In this document: positions 29,297 through 39,347 of the stretch, one piece after another
Layout of the letters: each line of letters starts with the position of its first letter
Numbering within the stretch: the stretch's first letter is position 1
Assembly: GCA_947644625.1 (NCBI GenBank)
Contig: CANRZY010000002.1
Location: forward strand, 2,878 to 66,877
DNA length: 64,000 nucleotides
Origin: an uncultured Pseudoflavonifractor sp.
GTDB taxonomy: Bacteria > Bacillota > Clostridia > Oscillospirales > Oscillospiraceae
Direction: 5' to 3'
Notes under the pieces: model-generated
Databases searched by the model: none
The model's input: the letters and a program-made list of their open reading frames with translations, nothing else
What the model was told of the DNA's origin: nothing
Program-made: the position numbers and the translations under genes

Positions 29297-30678
29297 TCTT
29301 CTCCGAGGACCCTGGCCGCCTCCAGAGCGATAGCGCACTCCATCCGCTTGCGGAACAGCTCACAGCCCTGGTCATAGACCCCATTCACCGAGCCGGTGGC
29401 ATGGTAGGCGTTGGCGGCGCAGCCTCCCGAACAGTAGAGCCGGGCCCAGCAGTCCCGGCACTGGGGCCGGGTATAGACGTTGCAGGCGGCAAATTGGGCC
29501 TGGACCTGGGAGGCGGTAACGCCCTGCCACACATCCCCCAGCTTGAACTTCTCCTCCCCTACGAACTGGTGGCAGGGGTACAGGTCTCCCCAAGGGGTGA
29601 CCGCCATGTACTCGGTGCCTGAGCCGCAGCCCGAAATGCGCTTATAGACACAGGGCCCCCCCGTCAGGTCGATCATGTAATGATAGAAGGTAAAGGGACG
29701 GCCTTCCTTTCTCCGCTGGGCCATAAGCCCGGCCAGCTTCTCATACTGGTCCATGACAATGGCCATGTCCTCCTCCGTAAGGGCGGAGGGATCGTCAGGA
29801 GCACAGACCACCGGCTCCATACTAAGCTCCGTAAAGCCCAGGTCCAGCATGGCCCTGATGTCCTCCAGAAAGTCGGGGTTATGGTGGGTAAAGGTGCCGC
29901 GCATATAGTAGCCCTTGTTCCCTCTGGCCTTCACCAGCTTCTGGAACTTGGGCACGATCTTCTCCCAGCTCCCCTTCCCGGCGTAGTCCACCCGAAACCG
30001 GTCATGGACCTCCTGTCTGCCGTCCAGGGAGAGGACCACGTTATGCATCTCCTTGTTGGCAAAGTCGATAACGTCGTCGTCAATAAGCACCCCATTGGTG
30101 GTGAGGGTGAAGCGGAAATTCTTCCCCCGCCCCTTCTCCACCGAGCGGGCATAGCGCACCAGATCCTTCACCACCTGCCAGTTCATCAGAGGCTCCCCGC
30201 CGAAGAAGTCTACCTCCAGGTTCCTCCGGGAGCCCGAATGCTCCATGAGGAAGTCCAGGGCCTGCTTTCCTACCTCAAAGCTCATAACCGCCCGGTCCCC
30301 GTGATACTTTCCCTGACTGGCAAAGCAATAAGAGCAGTTGAGATTGCAGGTGTGAGCCACATGGAGGCACAGGGCCTTCACGATCCCGGCGCTTCTCTCC
30401 TTCAGCTCTCCGGCCAGGGGCTCGAAGGTATCCGGGGCAAAAAGCCTACCCTGGGCCTTCAGCTCCTCCACCTCGTCACAGCATTCCTCCAGCTCCGGCG
30501 CTGTGACCTCCGGGTCCCCGGCGTACTTCTCCAGCATGGCGGGAATGATCTCAGCCCGTGTCTTTCCCTCGTCATAAAGCCCGATCACGTCATAGGCCGC
30601 CTCGTCCACCAGGTGGACTGAGCCCGAATGGGTGTCAATGACCACATGCATTCCGTTCAGAGTATAGCGGTGTATCAT
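29293..30678 (-). CDS. scfB: SCIFF radical SAM/SPASM maturase
   Basis: CNLNCSYC, FFGGEP, SPASM cysteines (GCGSG..YPCH..CRDC..CSGGC); adjacent to scfA. Confidence 0.95.
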   Translation of the reverse strand: MIHRYTLNGMHVVIDTHSGSVHLVDEAAYDVIGLYDEGKTRAEIIPAMLEKYAGDPEVTAPELEECCDEVEELKAQGRLFAPDTFEPLAGELKERSAGIVKALCLHVAHTCNLNCSYCFASQGKYHGDRAVMSFEVGKQALDFLMEHSGSRRNLEVDFFGGEPLMNWQVVKDLVRYARSVEKGRGKNFRFTLTTNGVLIDDDVIDFANKEMHNVVLSLDGRQEVHDRFRVDYAGKGSWEKIVPKFQKLVKARGNKGYYMRGTFTHHNPDFLEDIRAMLDLGFTELSMEPVVCAPDDPSALTEEDMAIVMDQYEKLAGLMAQRRKEGRPFTFYHYMIDLTGGPCVYKRISGCGSGTEYMAVTPWGDLYPCHQFVGEEKFKLGDVWQGVTASQVQAQFAACNVYTRPQCRDCWARLYCSGGCAANAYHATGSVNGVYDQGCELFRKRMECAIALEAARVLGEE

Positions 30679-30876
30679 AGGTATCTTCCCTTCCAAATCC
30701 GTATCACAAGTGGGGATGCCCTTGGGGTTGTCAGACCGCGAACAGGTCATGCCGTTGGGGAGCTCTATGCCCTCTGCCCCGCTCCGGTCTCAGCCTCCCC
30801 CCACTACCCTGTTCTCCGCCCTTCTTTTGTAGCAAAAATGCCGCCGAAACCGGCGGCATTTTCAGGCTCGAACTTC

Positions 30877-31023
30877 TTACTTGCGAACGCTCTCGCACTG
30901 CTGGTTGGCGATGCCGCAGCTGGTCTTGCAGGCGGACTGGCAAGAGGTCTGGCACTCGCCGCAGCCGCCGGTCCTGGCGCTGTCGCAGAGATTCCGGGTC
31001 TCCAGAGTCTTTACATGCTTCAT
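30877..31023 (-). CDS. scfA: Six-cysteine ranthipeptide precursor SCIFF
   Basis: MKHVKTL...GGCGECQTSCQSACKTSCGIANQQCE. Confidence 0.97.
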   Translation of the reverse strand: MKHVKTLETRNLCDSARTGGCGECQTSCQSACKTSCGIANQQCESVRK

Positions 31024-31171
31024 GGGGCTTCCCCCTCCTTGTGGTAAAAATATATTTGTAATATACCACATTTTTGATTTTTTGTCAATTCACAATGACG
31101 CCCTTCCCTTTTCAAAGGGAGGTTATCCGGCGTCGTTTGCGCTTTCCTTCCACCGGATGAAAAATACCGGC

Positions 31172-31417
31172 TCATTCCGCTATCTGCCCAGCGCTTTTCA
31201 GCATTCCCGCCACAATTTTTCCATACTTCACCATCAAAGGAATGTAGGTGGCAATAAACGCCGCTGCGGCCGTCAGAACAGCAGGCTTCTTCACCTTAGG
31301 CGGCAGCAGGATTCCCGCCACCACTCCCATGGAGAACAGACAAATCTTAACGAGGGCAAAGTCCCGCCAGTCGCTTTGCCGCAAATATTCATCCGCACTG
31401 TTAAACAGGAATTTCAT
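31172..31417 (-). CDS. Small two-TM membrane protein
   Basis: RBS GGAGG; MKFLFNSADEYLRQSDWRDFALVKICL...FIATYIPLM. Confidence 0.7.
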   Translation of the reverse strand: MKFLFNSADEYLRQSDWRDFALVKICLFSMGVVAGILLPPKVKKPAVLTAAAAFIATYIPLMVKYGKIVAGMLKSAGQIAE

Positions 31418-31507
31418 AAGATCGCCCTCCTGTTGATTATTTATCGAACTGACGATATCGCGCAATTCCTTCCGTATTTACAGGAACCGCCGAAGTCCCC
31501 CGGCGGG

Positions 31508-32752
31508 TCACTCCAAAACGCTCTCTACATCCTCCGTCCCGGCGCACAGCAGGGTCACCAGCAGCGCCTGCTGGCAGCCCTTCCAGGCCTCCTCCTCCTT
31601 GAACCGCTCCTTGAGAGAATGGATATAGGGATCGTAGTCTCCCTCTCCCAGACACACGGCGGGGATCCCGGCGGCAATGGCCCGGCTACAGTTGGTGCAG
31701 CCCTCTTCAGGAAGCCGGGGCTCCTCACAGCCCAGGAATTGGGACGCCGCCACGGCGGCCTGGACGATGGGCGCTTCCTTCTCCTGCCGTCCGGCGGGAA
31801 TATCGCAGAGATAGTGGCACTCCCAGGTTATGGTATCCTTTCCCCAGAAATCCGTCTCCTCCCGGCAGGCCTCCTCCACCGCGTCAAAGATCTGTCCCCG
31901 CAGCTTCTCCAGCTCCTGGGGGGAGTTGGAGCGGAAATTCACCACGATCTTCGCCTCGCCGGGGATGGCGTGAACGGCGGACATGTTCCCCGCGTGGAGA
32001 TTGGTAACGGCGTAGGTAGTCCTGGGGTAGTCAGGTACCTGGAGACAGGCAATTTTGGCCGCAGCCCGGCAGGCGGCGTGGATGGGGTTTGCCACCTCTC
32101 CGAAAGCCAGATAGGCGTGCCCCCCCTTCCCCCGGAAGGTGATCTCGGCAGTCTGGATCCCGGTGGCCAGATAGATGGCCCCCCGGTGACCTGAGCCGTC
32201 GATGGAGACGCTGGCCTGCAACTCCGGGTGATGGTTTACATAATATTCCATCCCCCGCATACCGCCCATCCCTTCCTCCTGGACGGTTCCCACAAAATGA
32301 ATATCCCCTTTTGTCCGGAGCCCTGCGGCGTTCATGGCCCGGAGGACGGAGAGCACTGTCACGCAGCCCCGGGTATCGTCCACGATGCCGGGGCCGTAGA
32401 TCCAGCCTCCCTCCCGCTTTTGGGTAAGGTCGGCGTCCAGGGGAAAGACCGTATCCATGTGAGCCTCCAAAAGGACCGTCTTTCCTCCCCCCGTTCCCCG
32501 GCGAAGCCCCGAACAGTTGCCCTGCTCGTCGATCCGGCACTCCTCCAGTCCCTCGGAGCGCAGAAGCTCCAAAAGCCGCCGGGCTTTCTCCTCCTCGTGG
32601 TAGGTAGGGGCGGGGATGGAGGCCAGCTCCATCTGCCTTTGGATGATCTCTTCCTGGTCCGTCTCCATAAAAGAAAGGGCCCTTTGGATCTGTGGATCGG
32701 ATACAAGGGCGTCCAGCGCCGCTTTGATCCGTCCGGAAACCTGATAAGTCAC
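31508..32752 (-). CDS. M20/M25/M40 metallo-hydrolase
   Basis: AHMDTVF, GIVDD, VQEEG, GGHA, IHSLKE. Confidence 0.9.
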   Translation of the reverse strand: MTYQVSGRIKAALDALVSDPQIQRALSFMETDQEEIIQRQMELASIPAPTYHEEEKARRLLELLRSEGLEECRIDEQGNCSGLRRGTGGGKTVLLEAHMDTVFPLDADLTQKREGGWIYGPGIVDDTRGCVTVLSVLRAMNAAGLRTKGDIHFVGTVQEEGMGGMRGMEYYVNHHPELQASVSIDGSGHRGAIYLATGIQTAEITFRGKGGHAYLAFGEVANPIHAACRAAAKIACLQVPDYPRTTYAVTNLHAGNMSAVHAIPGEAKIVVNFRSNSPQELEKLRGQIFDAVEEACREETDFWGKDTITWECHYLCDIPAGRQEKEAPIVQAAVAASQFLGCEEPRLPEEGCTNCSRAIAAGIPAVCLGEGDYDPYIHSLKERFKEEEAWKGCQQALLVTLLCAGTEDVESVLE

Positions 32753-32861
32753 ATCAAATCCCTCCTATGGGGTGTCTGGTCTTCTTATTATAACGGTTTC
32801 GACCCCTTTTTTCAACGCTTTGACAGAATTTCTCTCCAATGGGAAATTCCCTTTGGGCGGA

Positions 32862-32890
32862 TTGACAATGATGGGGAAAACTGTTATAAT
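32862..32890 (+). promoter_or_regulatory. SigA promoter of nucleoside catabolism operon
   Basis: TTGACA-N17-TATAAT with extended TG. Confidence 0.85.
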
Positions 32891-32959
32891 TTTGGTGCTT
32901 CAGAACCGTTTTATATCCTCTTCCGCCCCTTTATCCTTTCATAAGAACAGGACAAGGCT

Positions 32960-33952
32960 ATGTGTGTTGACTTGAAGACCGGGAACCCTCCGGAATCGGA
33001 GCGTTATATTCTGGGCATTGGCGCCGCCAATATCGATATGATGGGCCGCAGCGCCCTTCCCTTGGTCATGGAAGATTCCAACCCCGGAATCATCGGTGCA
33101 AGCGTAGGAGGCGTGACCCACAACGTCTGTGCCAACGCTGCCCGCCTGGGACTAAAGGTCAAGCTTATCACCGCCCTGGGCAGCGACATCCATGCCGGGG
33201 AGATCCAGCGGGATTGCCGGGAAATGGGGATCGATCCCTCCCACTCCATGGTAGTACCCGGCCATGGCTCCTCAGTCTATCTTTCCCTCCACAACGATTT
33301 GGGAGAGATGGCCCTGGCCATCTCCGACATGCGGGTCCTCCAGCACCTTACGGTAGAGTTTCTGGAGGAAAAGCGGCAGGTCCTTCTGGGGGCCGGAGCC
33401 ATTACGATGGACTCGGGGCTTCCCGAGGCCATTCTTACGTATGTTACAAAGACCTATGGGGACCAGATCCCCATTTTTATTGATCCGGTCAGCTGCACAT
33501 ATGCCCGGAAGCTGTCCGGAGACCTTACCGGTTATGATACCATCAAACCCAACCGTTTCGAGCTGGAACAGCTCAGCGGTCTGAGCCTTTCCTACGGTCT
33601 GGAGCAGGCCTGTCGGCGCCTGCTGGAGCGAGGGGTGGGCCGGGTGGTGGTAAGCCTGGGCCGGGAGGGGTGCTTTTCTCTGGACCAGGAGGGCCGAGCC
33701 GTTCGGGTCCGTGGGGAGCCACTGGACCTTATCGCCAACGCCACCGGTGCGGGAGACGCCTTTATGGGTGGACTTCTCTACGCCTCCGTTCACGGTCTTG
33801 ATCCGGAACAGACCTTGATCTTTGCCTCCGGGGTGGCCCGGCTGGCCCTTCAGCACTCCCACACCATCAACCCCAACGTCAGTGTTCAGGCCGCCTGGGA
33901 CGAAGCCGAAAAAGGCCGCCTGCGGGCGGAGAGCGCTTGTCTTCAACTGTAA
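32960..33952 (+). CDS. PfkB-family kinase, probable pseudouridine kinase
   Basis: IGAANID, GGVTHNV, IKPNRFE, NATGAGDAF; in operon with psuG. Confidence 0.8.
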   Translation: MCVDLKTGNPPESERYILGIGAANIDMMGRSALPLVMEDSNPGIIGASVGGVTHNVCANAARLGLKVKLITALGSDIHAGEIQRDCREMGIDPSHSMVVPGHGSSVYLSLHNDLGEMALAISDMRVLQHLTVEFLEEKRQVLLGAGAITMDSGLPEAILTYVTKTYGDQIPIFIDPVSCTYARKLSGDLTGYDTIKPNRFELEQLSGLSLSYGLEQACRRLLERGVGRVVVSLGREGCFSLDQEGRAVRVRGEPLDLIANATGAGDAFMGGLLYASVHGLDPEQTLIFASGVARLALQHSHTINPNVSVQAAWDEAEKGRLRAESACLQL

Positions 33953-33963
33953 AGGAGAATACT

Positions 33964-35712
33964 ATGGGAGTGGACTGCGTCGCTGCCATCAATGGAAAAA
34001 AGCCCTTTGATCTGGTGATCGAGCACGTAAAGATCGTCAACGTGTTTACCGAACAGATTCTGGAGGGCTCTGTCGCCGTCTGCGGCGACACCATCGCCTA
34101 TGCAGGGGAGATGGACTTCCCCTATACCGCCCTGCGGACCATTGACGGCGCAGGCCGCTATGCCATTCCGGGGCTTATCGACGCCCACATGCACTTTGAA
34201 AGCAGCATGATGGCTCCCGCCCACTTTATTGAGACCATTCTTTCCTTCGGCACCACCACGGTGGCCGCCGACCCCCATGAGATCGGCAACGTCTTTGGCC
34301 TGGAGGGGATCCGGGCCCTGACCGAAGCCGCTCTGGGCACCCCCCTTCACGTTCTGATGATGGCTCCCTCCACCATCCCCTCCGCCCCTGGGCTGGAGCG
34401 CTCCGGCTTCTCCATGGAGGCCGGGCAGATGGCGCAGGCTCTGGATATCCCCGGAGTTAAGGGCCTGGGGGAGGTCATGGACTTCAACGGTGTGGCCGAC
34501 GGAGATGAACGGATCCTGTCGGTGGTGGAGACCGCCCGGAAAAAGGGCGTCATGATGGACTGCCACGTTCCCGCCCTTACAGGGAAGCGGCTCCAAGCCT
34601 TCCGGTCCACCGGGCTGGACTGCGACCACACCGATATGTCCCTGCCCCGGCTGAAGGAAAAGCTGGCGGCGGGTTTTTCCGTTCAGGTCCAGCGTAGCTT
34701 CTTCTCCGCCGAGACCATGGAGTATCTTAACCGCTTCCCCCTCCAGGACCGGATCATGCTCATCACTGACGACGTACCCTTTATCGACCTGGTCAGGGAG
34801 GGGCATTTGAACGCCAATCTCCGCCGGGCTGTAGCTCTGGGTCTGGATCCTGTCCGTGCGGTGCGCTTTTCCACCATCAACGCCGCCGCCCGGCTGCGGC
34901 TCTATGACCGGGGAGCTGTCTCCCCCGGCTACAAGGCGGATGTGCTGCTTGTGGAGGATCTGGAGCAATTTGTTCCCAGTCTGGTCCTTTCCGATGGCCA
35001 TGTAGTGGCGGAGAATGGGAAATGCCTCGTCTCCGTTTCCTCCAAGCCCTTCCCTGATCCCTTTTATCACTCCGTCCACGTCCTCCCCTTGGAGGAGGCG
35101 GACTTTTCCCTTCCCCAGGCAGAGGGCTCAAAAGCCCTATGCAATGTGCTGGGAGGCAATTCCAAGGTCACCCGCACCACCAGGACCCAACAGTGGATCC
35201 CCATTCGGAACGGGCAGCTGGATACACGGGAACTTATCAAGCTGGCAGTCATTTACCGCCATGGCTATGGTCCGGAGAAGGCTCCCGGTAAGGAGGTCTC
35301 CCTGGCCCTTCTCAGCGGCTTTCCCCGTTTCCGGGGCGCCCTTGCCACCACTTATGCCCACGATAGTCACAATCTCATGGTCTTCGGCCAGAACGACGCC
35401 GATATGGCCCTGGCCGCCAACCGGCTCATTGAGATTGGGGGCGGACTGTGCGCGGTACTGGAGGGCAAGGTTTTGAGTGAGGTGTCTCTCCCCGTAGCCG
35501 GGCTTCTCACCGAAGAGCCGGTGGAGATTCTCACCCATGTCTTTGAAACGTTTTTCCAGGCGGTGAAGACCCTTCGTCTGGAGCATGAAAATCCCATGAT
35601 GTTTCTTACCCTCATGTCCTTGGCCGTGTCTCCTGAGATCAAATGTACCGACCTGGGACTGGTGGACGTGCTGGAGAAGAAGTTTATCCCTCTGATCGTC
35701 AGCACCGAATGA
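33964..35712 (+). CDS. Adenine deaminase-family amidohydrolase
   Basis: PGLIDAHMHFESSM, DPHEIGNV, LGEVMD, TDD, AHDSHN. Confidence 0.88.
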   Translation: MGVDCVAAINGKKPFDLVIEHVKIVNVFTEQILEGSVAVCGDTIAYAGEMDFPYTALRTIDGAGRYAIPGLIDAHMHFESSMMAPAHFIETILSFGTTTVAADPHEIGNVFGLEGIRALTEAALGTPLHVLMMAPSTIPSAPGLERSGFSMEAGQMAQALDIPGVKGLGEVMDFNGVADGDERILSVVETARKKGVMMDCHVPALTGKRLQAFRSTGLDCDHTDMSLPRLKEKLAAGFSVQVQRSFFSAETMEYLNRFPLQDRIMLITDDVPFIDLVREGHLNANLRRAVALGLDPVRAVRFSTINAAARLRLYDRGAVSPGYKADVLLVEDLEQFVPSLVLSDGHVVAENGKCLVSVSSKPFPDPFYHSVHVLPLEEADFSLPQAEGSKALCNVLGGNSKVTRTTRTQQWIPIRNGQLDTRELIKLAVIYRHGYGPEKAPGKEVSLALLSGFPRFRGALATTYAHDSHNLMVFGQNDADMALAANRLIEIGGGLCAVLEGKVLSEVSLPVAGLLTEEPVEILTHVFETFFQAVKTLRLEHENPMMFLTLMSLAVSPEIKCTDLGLVDVLEKKFIPLIVSTE

Positions 35713-35745
35713 CCGTCCCACACTTTGAAAGGAGACTTGACCGGC

Positions 35746-36657
35746 ATGAACAAGTATCTTGATGTTTCCTCTGAGGTCCAGGCCGCTCTTGACAAGGGCT
35801 TACCCGTGGTCGCTCTGGAATCCACCATTCTCTCCCACGGTATGCCCTACCCCGAAAACGTGGAATTTTCCCACAAGGTGGAGGAGGTCATCCGGGCCGA
35901 GGGCGCCATTCCCGCCACCACCGCCATCATTGGCGGCAAGCTGAAGGTGGGCCTCACCCCCGAGGAGCTGGAGATCATGTGCCGGGCCGATGGGGTAGGC
36001 AAGGTGAGCCGTCGGGATGTAGCGGTCTATTTGGCTACCGGCAGGACGGGAGCCACCACCGTTGCCACCACCATGATGCTGGCCGAAATGGCCGGGATCC
36101 GGGTCTTTGCCACCGGCGGTATCGGCGGCGTCCACCGGGGAGCCGAGGTCACCATGGATATCTCCGCCGATCTTCAGGAGCTGGCCTCCACCGCCGTGGC
36201 GGTCGTCTGCGCCGGAGCCAAGTCTTTGCTGGACATTCCCAAAACCCTGGAATACTTGGAAACCCAGGGCGTTCCCGTACTGGGCATGAATACCGAGGAC
36301 TTCCCCGCCTTCTACTGCCGCAAGAGCGGGTGTACGGTGGACTGCAAGGTGGATTCCCCCAAGGAGGCCGCCGCCATCCTCAAGACCAAGTGGGACCTGG
36401 GACTCAAGGGCGGCGTGGTCATTGGAAACCCCATTCCCGCCCAGTACGAGTTGGACTACGAGAAGATAGAGGCCGTCATTCAGCGAGCCCTGGATTCCGC
36501 CAAAAAAGACAACATCCACGGCAAGGAGACTACCCCTTATCTTCTGGCCCATATCAAAGATTACACCAAGGGCGTCTCCTTCGCCTCCAACCTTCAACTG
36601 GCCTACAATAACGCCAGAGTAGCCGCTCAGATCGCCATTGAGTACGCCAAGCTCTAA
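35746..36657 (+). CDS. psuG: Pseudouridine-5'-phosphate glycosidase
   Basis: VALESTILSHGMPYP, GATTVA, FATGGIGGVHRG, DISADL. Confidence 0.96.
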   Translation: MNKYLDVSSEVQAALDKGLPVVALESTILSHGMPYPENVEFSHKVEEVIRAEGAIPATTAIIGGKLKVGLTPEELEIMCRADGVGKVSRRDVAVYLATGRTGATTVATTMMLAEMAGIRVFATGGIGGVHRGAEVTMDISADLQELASTAVAVVCAGAKSLLDIPKTLEYLETQGVPVLGMNTEDFPAFYCRKSGCTVDCKVDSPKEAAAILKTKWDLGLKGGVVIGNPIPAQYELDYEKIEAVIQRALDSAKKDNIHGKETTPYLLAHIKDYTKGVSFASNLQLAYNNARVAAQIAIEYAKL

Positions 36658-36671
36658 GGGAGGATCTTTCT

Positions 36672-37571
36672 ATGAGGATCCTCAATATCGGTTCTCTGAA
36701 CATTGACAAGGTCTATGCCGTAGACCACTTTGTCCGGGCCGGGGAGACCCTTACCGCCAGGCATATGGATATCTTCCCCGGAGGCAAGGGCCTCAACCAG
36801 TCCATCGCTCTGGCTAGGGCAGGCGCTGAGGTCTGGGCCGCAGGAGCCGTGGGGGAGGACGGGGCTTTTCTCACCCAACTGCTTCGGGACAGCGGCGCTC
36901 ATACGGAGTTGGTATCGACCCTTCCGGATACGGCCACAGGCCACGCCATCATCCAGCTTATTTCCCAGGGCCAAAACTGTATCATCATCTCCGGCGGCGC
37001 CAACCAGGCGTTGACCGAGACAGCGATAGACCGGGCTTTCAGCAGGTTCGGACCAGGGGATCTCCTTTTGGTGCAGAATGAAACCAATCTCGTTCCCTAC
37101 GCCATGAGGAAGGCCAAGGAACAGGGCATGGAGATCGCCTTGAACCCCTCCCCCATCGACGACGCCCTTTTCTCCTATCCTCTGGAGCTGGTGGACTATT
37201 TCATTCTCAATGAGATCGAGGGACAGGCCATTGCCGACATCCGGGAAAGCGAGCCGGACGAGGTAATGGAGGCCCTTCTCCGGAAATTTCCCCAGGCCGC
37301 TATTGTGCTGACTCTGGGAGGAGACGGCGTCCGCTACGGTAAGGGAACGGACCGTTTCTCCCATGGGATCTTTTCAGTCCCTGTGGTGGATACCACCGCG
37401 GCAGGAGATACCTTCTGCGGTTACTTCCTGGCCTGCCTTGCCAAGGCTATGGAGCCACAAGCGGCCCTCCGCACCGCCAGCATGGCCAGCGCCCTGGCCA
37501 TCGGCGTGAAGGGAGCGGCAGTCTCCATCCCCACCTGGGTCCAGGTTCAGGAATTTGCAACAGCTCATTGA
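36672..37571 (+). CDS. Ribokinase (PfkB)
   Basis: GSLNID, GGKGLNQ, LNEIE, DTTAAGDTF. Confidence 0.88.
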   Translation: MRILNIGSLNIDKVYAVDHFVRAGETLTARHMDIFPGGKGLNQSIALARAGAEVWAAGAVGEDGAFLTQLLRDSGAHTELVSTLPDTATGHAIIQLISQGQNCIIISGGANQALTETAIDRAFSRFGPGDLLLVQNETNLVPYAMRKAKEQGMEIALNPSPIDDALFSYPLELVDYFILNEIEGQAIADIRESEPDEVMEALLRKFPQAAIVLTLGGDGVRYGKGTDRFSHGIFSVPVVDTTAAGDTFCGYFLACLAKAMEPQAALRTASMASALAIGVKGAAVSIPTWVQVQEFATAH

Positions 37572-37609
37572 CCCTTTGAAACTTTTATATATTGAAAGGA
37601 GCAACCATC

Positions 37610-38326
37610 ATGGCTCACGCGAAACTTACCGCGCCCACCCCCCATATCGCCGCCAAGGTCGGCGAGATCGCCGAGACCATCCTGCTTCCCGGCGATCCCC
37701 TCCGGGCCCAATTTATTGCGGAGAACTACCTGGAAAATGTGAAGCAGTTTAACGCCACCCGGAATATGTTCGGCTTCACAGGTACTTATAAGGGCAAGCC
37801 CGTCTCCGTTATGGGTACCGGCATGGGCTGTCCCTCCATGGGCATTTACAGCTATGAGCTGATCCATATTTACGGCTGCAAGAATTTGATCCGGATCGGC
37901 ACCGCCGGTACCCTTCAGCCCTACGTCCGCGTGAAGGAGATGGTCTTCGGACAGGGAGCCTGCACCACCGGAAATTATGTAAACCTTCAAGGCCTCCCCG
38001 GTACCTTTGCTCCCATCTGTAGCTTTGAGCTGCTGGAGAAGGCGGTAGCCTCCGCCAAGGAGCTTGGGTACAAATACCATGTGGGCAACATCCTCTCCTC
38101 CGACGTGTTCTATGGGGTGGACCTACCCCACGGCAAGACCTGGCCCGAAATGGGAGTGCTGGCGGTGGAGATGGAGTCCGCCGCCCTCTACACCAACGCC
38201 GCGGCGGCGGGGGTCAACGCCCTTTGTATCCTGACCATCTCCGACGGCCCAGACGAGATCACCACCGCCGAGGAGCGGCAGACCGCTTTCACTCAGATGA
38301 TGGAAGTGGCTTTGTCTCTGGCGTAA
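37610..38326 (+). CDS. deoD: Purine nucleoside phosphorylase DeoD
   Basis: PTPHI, LPGDPLRA, GMGCPS, IRIGTAG, VEMESAALY. Confidence 0.95.
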   Translation: MAHAKLTAPTPHIAAKVGEIAETILLPGDPLRAQFIAENYLENVKQFNATRNMFGFTGTYKGKPVSVMGTGMGCPSMGIYSYELIHIYGCKNLIRIGTAGTLQPYVRVKEMVFGQGACTTGNYVNLQGLPGTFAPICSFELLEKAVASAKELGYKYHVGNILSSDVFYGVDLPHGKTWPEMGVLAVEMESAALYTNAAAAGVNALCILTISDGPDEITTAEERQTAFTQMMEVALSLA

Positions 38327-38399
38327 GATGTCAGAAGATACCTATGACGATGGGTGGCGCTACTTTATAGATATTTTTCACAAGGAGGATCATCGGCCT

Positions 38400-39347
38400 A
38401 TGAATAAGCGCCCCTTTCTTATCGACTGCGACACCGGCACCGACGACGCCATCGCCATTATGGCCGCTCTGGGCAGTCCCCAGGTGGAGGTCAGGGCCGT
38501 CACCTCAGTCAACGGCAACGTATCTGAAAACTATACCAGCCAGAACAACCTGGATCTGCTGGAATACCTGGGCCGGACGGATATCCCTGTCGCTCACGGA
38601 GCGGTACGCCCTCTTTTGAGCGGTATCGTCAACGATGAGGGAGGGACCGGTACCCACGGGAAAACCGGCTTGGGGACCATCACTCTTCCCCACGCCCAGT
38701 GCTCCTCCTTTGACTGCCGGATCGCCTCCGAACTCGTATACGACTTGGCTGTAGAGTGCGCAGGGGACCTGGAGCTGCTGGTGATCGGCCCTATGACCAA
38801 CATTGCCATTGCCTTATGTAACCACCGGGATCTGGCGGGACTCATCAAACACATTTGGTTCATGGGAGGGGCTGCACACGGCGGCAACGTATCTCCCACA
38901 GCGGAATTTAATATCTGGGTGGACCCTGAGGCGGCCCACATTGTCTTTCAAAGCGGGATCCCCATGACCATGGTGGGGCTGGATGTGACCCTGAAGGCCG
39001 TTATGACGGAGGAGGACGTGGCCCAGCTTCGGTGCAAGGGCTCCAAGGCCGGGACCTTGGCCGCCGACCTTTTGGATTTTATGCTTCAGCGCCGGAGCAA
39101 GGGCGGCGAGGATCTGGTCATGCACGACGCCCTGGCCCTTGCGGCCGCCCTCTGCCCGGAATGCCTTACCTGCAAAGACTTTTTCGCGGATGTGGAGCAT
39201 ACCGGAAGTTATACCGCGGGCCACACCTTTGTGGATCTGCGCGGCGTCTCTGGCCGGGCTCCCAACATGTCCGTTGCCCTGGAGGTCGACCCTTCCCTGT
39301 TCCGTAAATGGCTGGTGAACGCCATTTGCTCCGTTCCGGAAAAATGA
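38400..39347 (+). CDS. Nucleoside hydrolase (IUNH family)
   Basis: DCDTGTDDA, HGKTG, GPMTN, AEFNIWVDPEAA, HD. Confidence 0.93.
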   Translation: MNKRPFLIDCDTGTDDAIAIMAALGSPQVEVRAVTSVNGNVSENYTSQNNLDLLEYLGRTDIPVAHGAVRPLLSGIVNDEGGTGTHGKTGLGTITLPHAQCSSFDCRIASELVYDLAVECAGDLELLVIGPMTNIAIALCNHRDLAGLIKHIWFMGGAAHGGNVSPTAEFNIWVDPEAAHIVFQSGIPMTMVGLDVTLKAVMTEEDVAQLRCKGSKAGTLAADLLDFMLQRRSKGGEDLVMHDALALAAALCPECLTCKDFFADVEHTGSYTAGHTFVDLRGVSGRAPNMSVALEVDPSLFRKWLVNAICSVPEK

